A DNA stretch of 64,000 nucleotides from an uncultured Pelagibacteraceae bacterium (GTDB lineage: Bacteria; Pseudomonadota; Alphaproteobacteria; Pelagibacterales; Pelagibacteraceae): positions 48,503 through 112,502 of the forward strand of contig CACKHN010000001.1 in assembly GCA_902599995.1 (NCBI GenBank), written 5' to 3'. How positions within the stretch are numbered: position 1 is the stretch's first letter; the number at the start of each line of letters is the position of its first letter. The notes beneath the pieces were generated by a model. The model was not told where the DNA came from. It was given only the letters and a program-made list of their open reading frames with translations, and made no database searches. This document shows positions 61,928 to 64,000 of this stretch, piece by piece. Made by a program: the position numbers and the translations under genes.

Positions 61928-62365
61928 ATGAAAGAACTTTTATATTTAAAAGATGATCAGCTTAAAGATTTGATTGAAAAACTTTTTGTGAGCTATAGAG
62001 AAACTTTTTCAGACTCTAAAAAGATATTAGATAAATATTCAATTGGTTTAGCGCACCATAAAGTTATCCATCTGCTGTCAATGTATGAAGGTATTTCGAT
62101 ATCTGAACTATTAAAAAGATTAAAAGTTACTAAACAAAGTCTTAATAGAGTTCTTAAAGATTTGATAAAATTAGACTTAATAATATTTAAAAAAGATAAA
62201 CGAGATACCAGAATTAAACATTTATTTTTAAACGAAAAAGGTGAAAAGATATTTAGAGAAATTTTTACTTTGCAAAAAAAAAGAATTTACAATGCATTAC
62301 TTAACTCGAGTTCGGAGGAAGTGATAAATTTTGATAATGTTTTAAGTAAAATTATAAATGGATAA
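61928..62365 (+). CDS. MarR-family regulator (PetP-like)
   Basis: GLAHHKVIH and LKVTKQSLNRVLKDL wHTH; divergent from ilvE and upstream of a response regulator. Confidence 0.85.
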   Translation: MKELLYLKDDQLKDLIEKLFVSYRETFSDSKKILDKYSIGLAHHKVIHLLSMYEGISISELLKRLKVTKQSLNRVLKDLIKLDLIIFKKDKRDTRIKHLFLNEKGEKIFREIFTLQKKRIYNALLNSSSEEVINFDNVLSKIING

Positions 62366-63035
62366 ATTTAAAGCCCATATTTTGTTGGTTGACGATGATG
62401 AGAGAATTAGATCTTTAGTAAAAAAATACTTAAATGAAAATAATTTTTTAGTAACTACTTCAGATAGTGCTGAAAATGCGTCAGAGAAAGTTAAAATAAT
62501 CAAGTTTGATTTAATTATCTTAGATATAATGATGTCAGGTAAAAGTGGTTTAGATTTTATCAATGAACATAAAAAAGATCTGGACACTCCAATTATTCTT
62601 TTGACAGCCAAGGGAGAGGCAAGTGAAAGAGTAGAGGGGCTTGAAGTGGGAGCAGACGATTATTTGGCTAAGCCTTTCGAGCCAAAAGAACTGATTTTAA
62701 GAATTAAAAATATTTTAACTAAAACTATTAAAACTGATCAAAAAAGAATAATCGAATTTGAAAATGTGAAAATTGATTTGAACAAATTGCTGATTATAAA
62801 AAAAAAAAAAGAATTCAAAATAAATAATACAGAAAAAATAATTTTAGAAAAAATGATCAATAATCCAGGTAATACATTTTCTAGAGAAAGTATTGGTCAA
62901 TTAATAAGTTTAGATAAGGAAAGATCAATCGATGTAATCATAACTCGATTAAGGAAAAAAATAGAAATTGATCCAAAAAATCCAAAATTTTTACAGACCA
63001 TAAGAGGAGCAGGATATGTTCTCTGGATTGAATAA
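62358..63035 (+). CDS. OmpR-family response regulator (PetR/OmpR-like)
   Basis: LVDDD, LDIMM, LLTA, GADDYLAKPF, RSIDV.I.RLR and TIRGAGY motifs. Confidence 0.92.
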   Translation: MDKFKAHILLVDDDERIRSLVKKYLNENNFLVTTSDSAENASEKVKIIKFDLIILDIMMSGKSGLDFINEHKKDLDTPIILLTAKGEASERVEGLEVGADDYLAKPFEPKELILRIKNILTKTIKTDQKRIIEFENVKIDLNKLLIIKKKKEFKINNTEKIILEKMINNPGNTFSRESIGQLISLDKERSIDVIITRLRKKIEIDPKNPKFLQTIRGAGYVLWIE

Positions 63036-64000
63036 TTTTTTAAGAAAAGTTTTACCTAAAAGACTATTTTACAGAGCGCTTTTAATTGTTGCAGTCCCTG
63101 TTATTGTTCTTCAACTAGTAATCACTATTGTATTTTTTGACAGCCTATGGATTAAAACTAACAAAGGAATGACAAGAACGCTAGTGAATGAAATAAGTGC
63201 ATTTATTGAAGCGTATGAAAGTGAGAAAAATGATAAGCAAGAGATAAATAATCTGTTCTCATTATTTTTAGATTTAAATATTGAACTTAAAATAAATGAA
63301 GAGTTAAAAGTTCAACAAAGTGAAAGATGGTTTAGCCCAATTGATAGAACTTTAAGAAGAGAATTAAAATCAAAATTTTCATCCGAAAATTATTGGTTTG
63401 ATACAACAAATTATAAAGAGCTAATTGATTTAAGAATTAAGTACAAAGATGGATATTTTAAATTTTTGGTGCCCAAAGACCGTGTTGCAAGTTCATCAGC
63501 AAGAATTTTTGCACTGTGGATAACTGTACCTGCGATTATAATGGTCATCATATCTCTAATATTTTTAAAAAATCAAACACGACCTATTACAAATCTTGCT
63601 CGTGCTGCAGAAAGATTTGGTAAAGGAGAAGAAATTGAGGAATACAAGCCTTCTGGAGCTCTTGAAATAAGACAGGCTGGTCATGAATTTGAAAAAATGA
63701 GAAAAAGAATTGAGAGACATCTCAATCAAAGAACAGAAATGCTATCAGGAATAAGTCACGATTTAAGAACTCCTTTAACTAGGATGAAGTTACAACTTGC
63801 ATTTATTAAAGATAAAGACTCAGTCGAAAAATTAACTGAGGATATAAATGAAATGGAAAAAATGCTTAACGAATATCTTCAATTTACGAGCTTATCGTAT
63901 GTTGAAAAAGATGAGATGTTTAATCTTTCTGAACTAATTGATGAAGTGATTAAAAAATATGATAACGATAATATTTCAAGCAATTTAATACGTAGAATTT
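63016..64000 (+). CDS. EnvZ-like sensor histidine kinase, 3' end outside the window
   Basis: Manual translation from ATG at 63016 gives MFSGLNNFLRKVLPKRLFYRALLIV..., a second TM, a HAMP domain and the H-box MLSGISHDLRTPLTRM in frame. Confidence 0.9.
   Translation, partial: MFSGLNNFLRKVLPKRLFYRALLIVAVPVIVLQLVITIVFFDSLWIKTNKGMTRTLVNEISAFIEAYESEKNDKQEINNLFSLFLDLNIELKINEELKVQQSERWFSPIDRTLRRELKSKFSSENYWFDTTNYKELIDLRIKYKDGYFKFLVPKDRVASSSARIFALWITVPAIIMVIISLIFLKNQTRPITNLARAAERFGKGEEIEEYKPSGALEIRQAGHEFEKMRKRIERHLNQRTEMLSGISHDLRTPLTRMKLQLAFIKDKDSVEKLTEDINEMEKMLNEYLQFTSLSYVEKDEMFNLSELIDEVIKKYDNDNISSNLIRRI

Noticed and set aside
1577-62611. Many 60-140 aa ORFs nested within or antisense to long genes
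   Set aside because: They are shadow ORFs of well-supported genes with no recognisable motifs.

Overview
Very AT-rich, densely packed alphaproteobacterial chromosome segment. Composition, tiny spacers and gene content suggest a SAR11/Pelagibacter-like genome (inference, not searched). Most of it is housekeeping: pyrC (partial), ygfZ, nadA-nadC, fumC, uvrD, aminopeptidase P, ligA, bamD, lpxC, a rearranged dcw cluster, rnpB, amiD, mlaA-mlaC, rpoD-dnaG-yqeY, carAB, trxB, aspC, uvrB, folB, uvrC, pgsA, ilvE and a MarR/OmpR/EnvZ-like set (partial), plus three tRNAs (Leu-GAG, Ile2-CAT, Val-GAC). In the dcw cluster, ftsZ sits between mraZ and rsmH, murE and murF are fused, and the ftsA slot holds a shrunken FtsA-like ORF. 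Most interesting signals: (1) a 1.9-kb integrase-less islet in tRNA-Ile2, bounded by a 54-bp duplicated tRNA 3' end, with paired GTGAG arm-like motifs inside both ends and a single exported trypsin-like protease; (2) a two-gene divergent circularly permuted ATP-grasp ligase plus Anbu protease locus without the usual alpha-E and transglutaminase partners, separated by a 24-bp palindrome; (3) a tRNA-Val(GAC) with a rewired D/T-loop elbow starting 3 nt after the rpoD stop; (4) a 6-codon mini-ORF linking mraY to murD through two TAATG overlaps. No CRISPR array, rRNA, transposase or integrase was seen.
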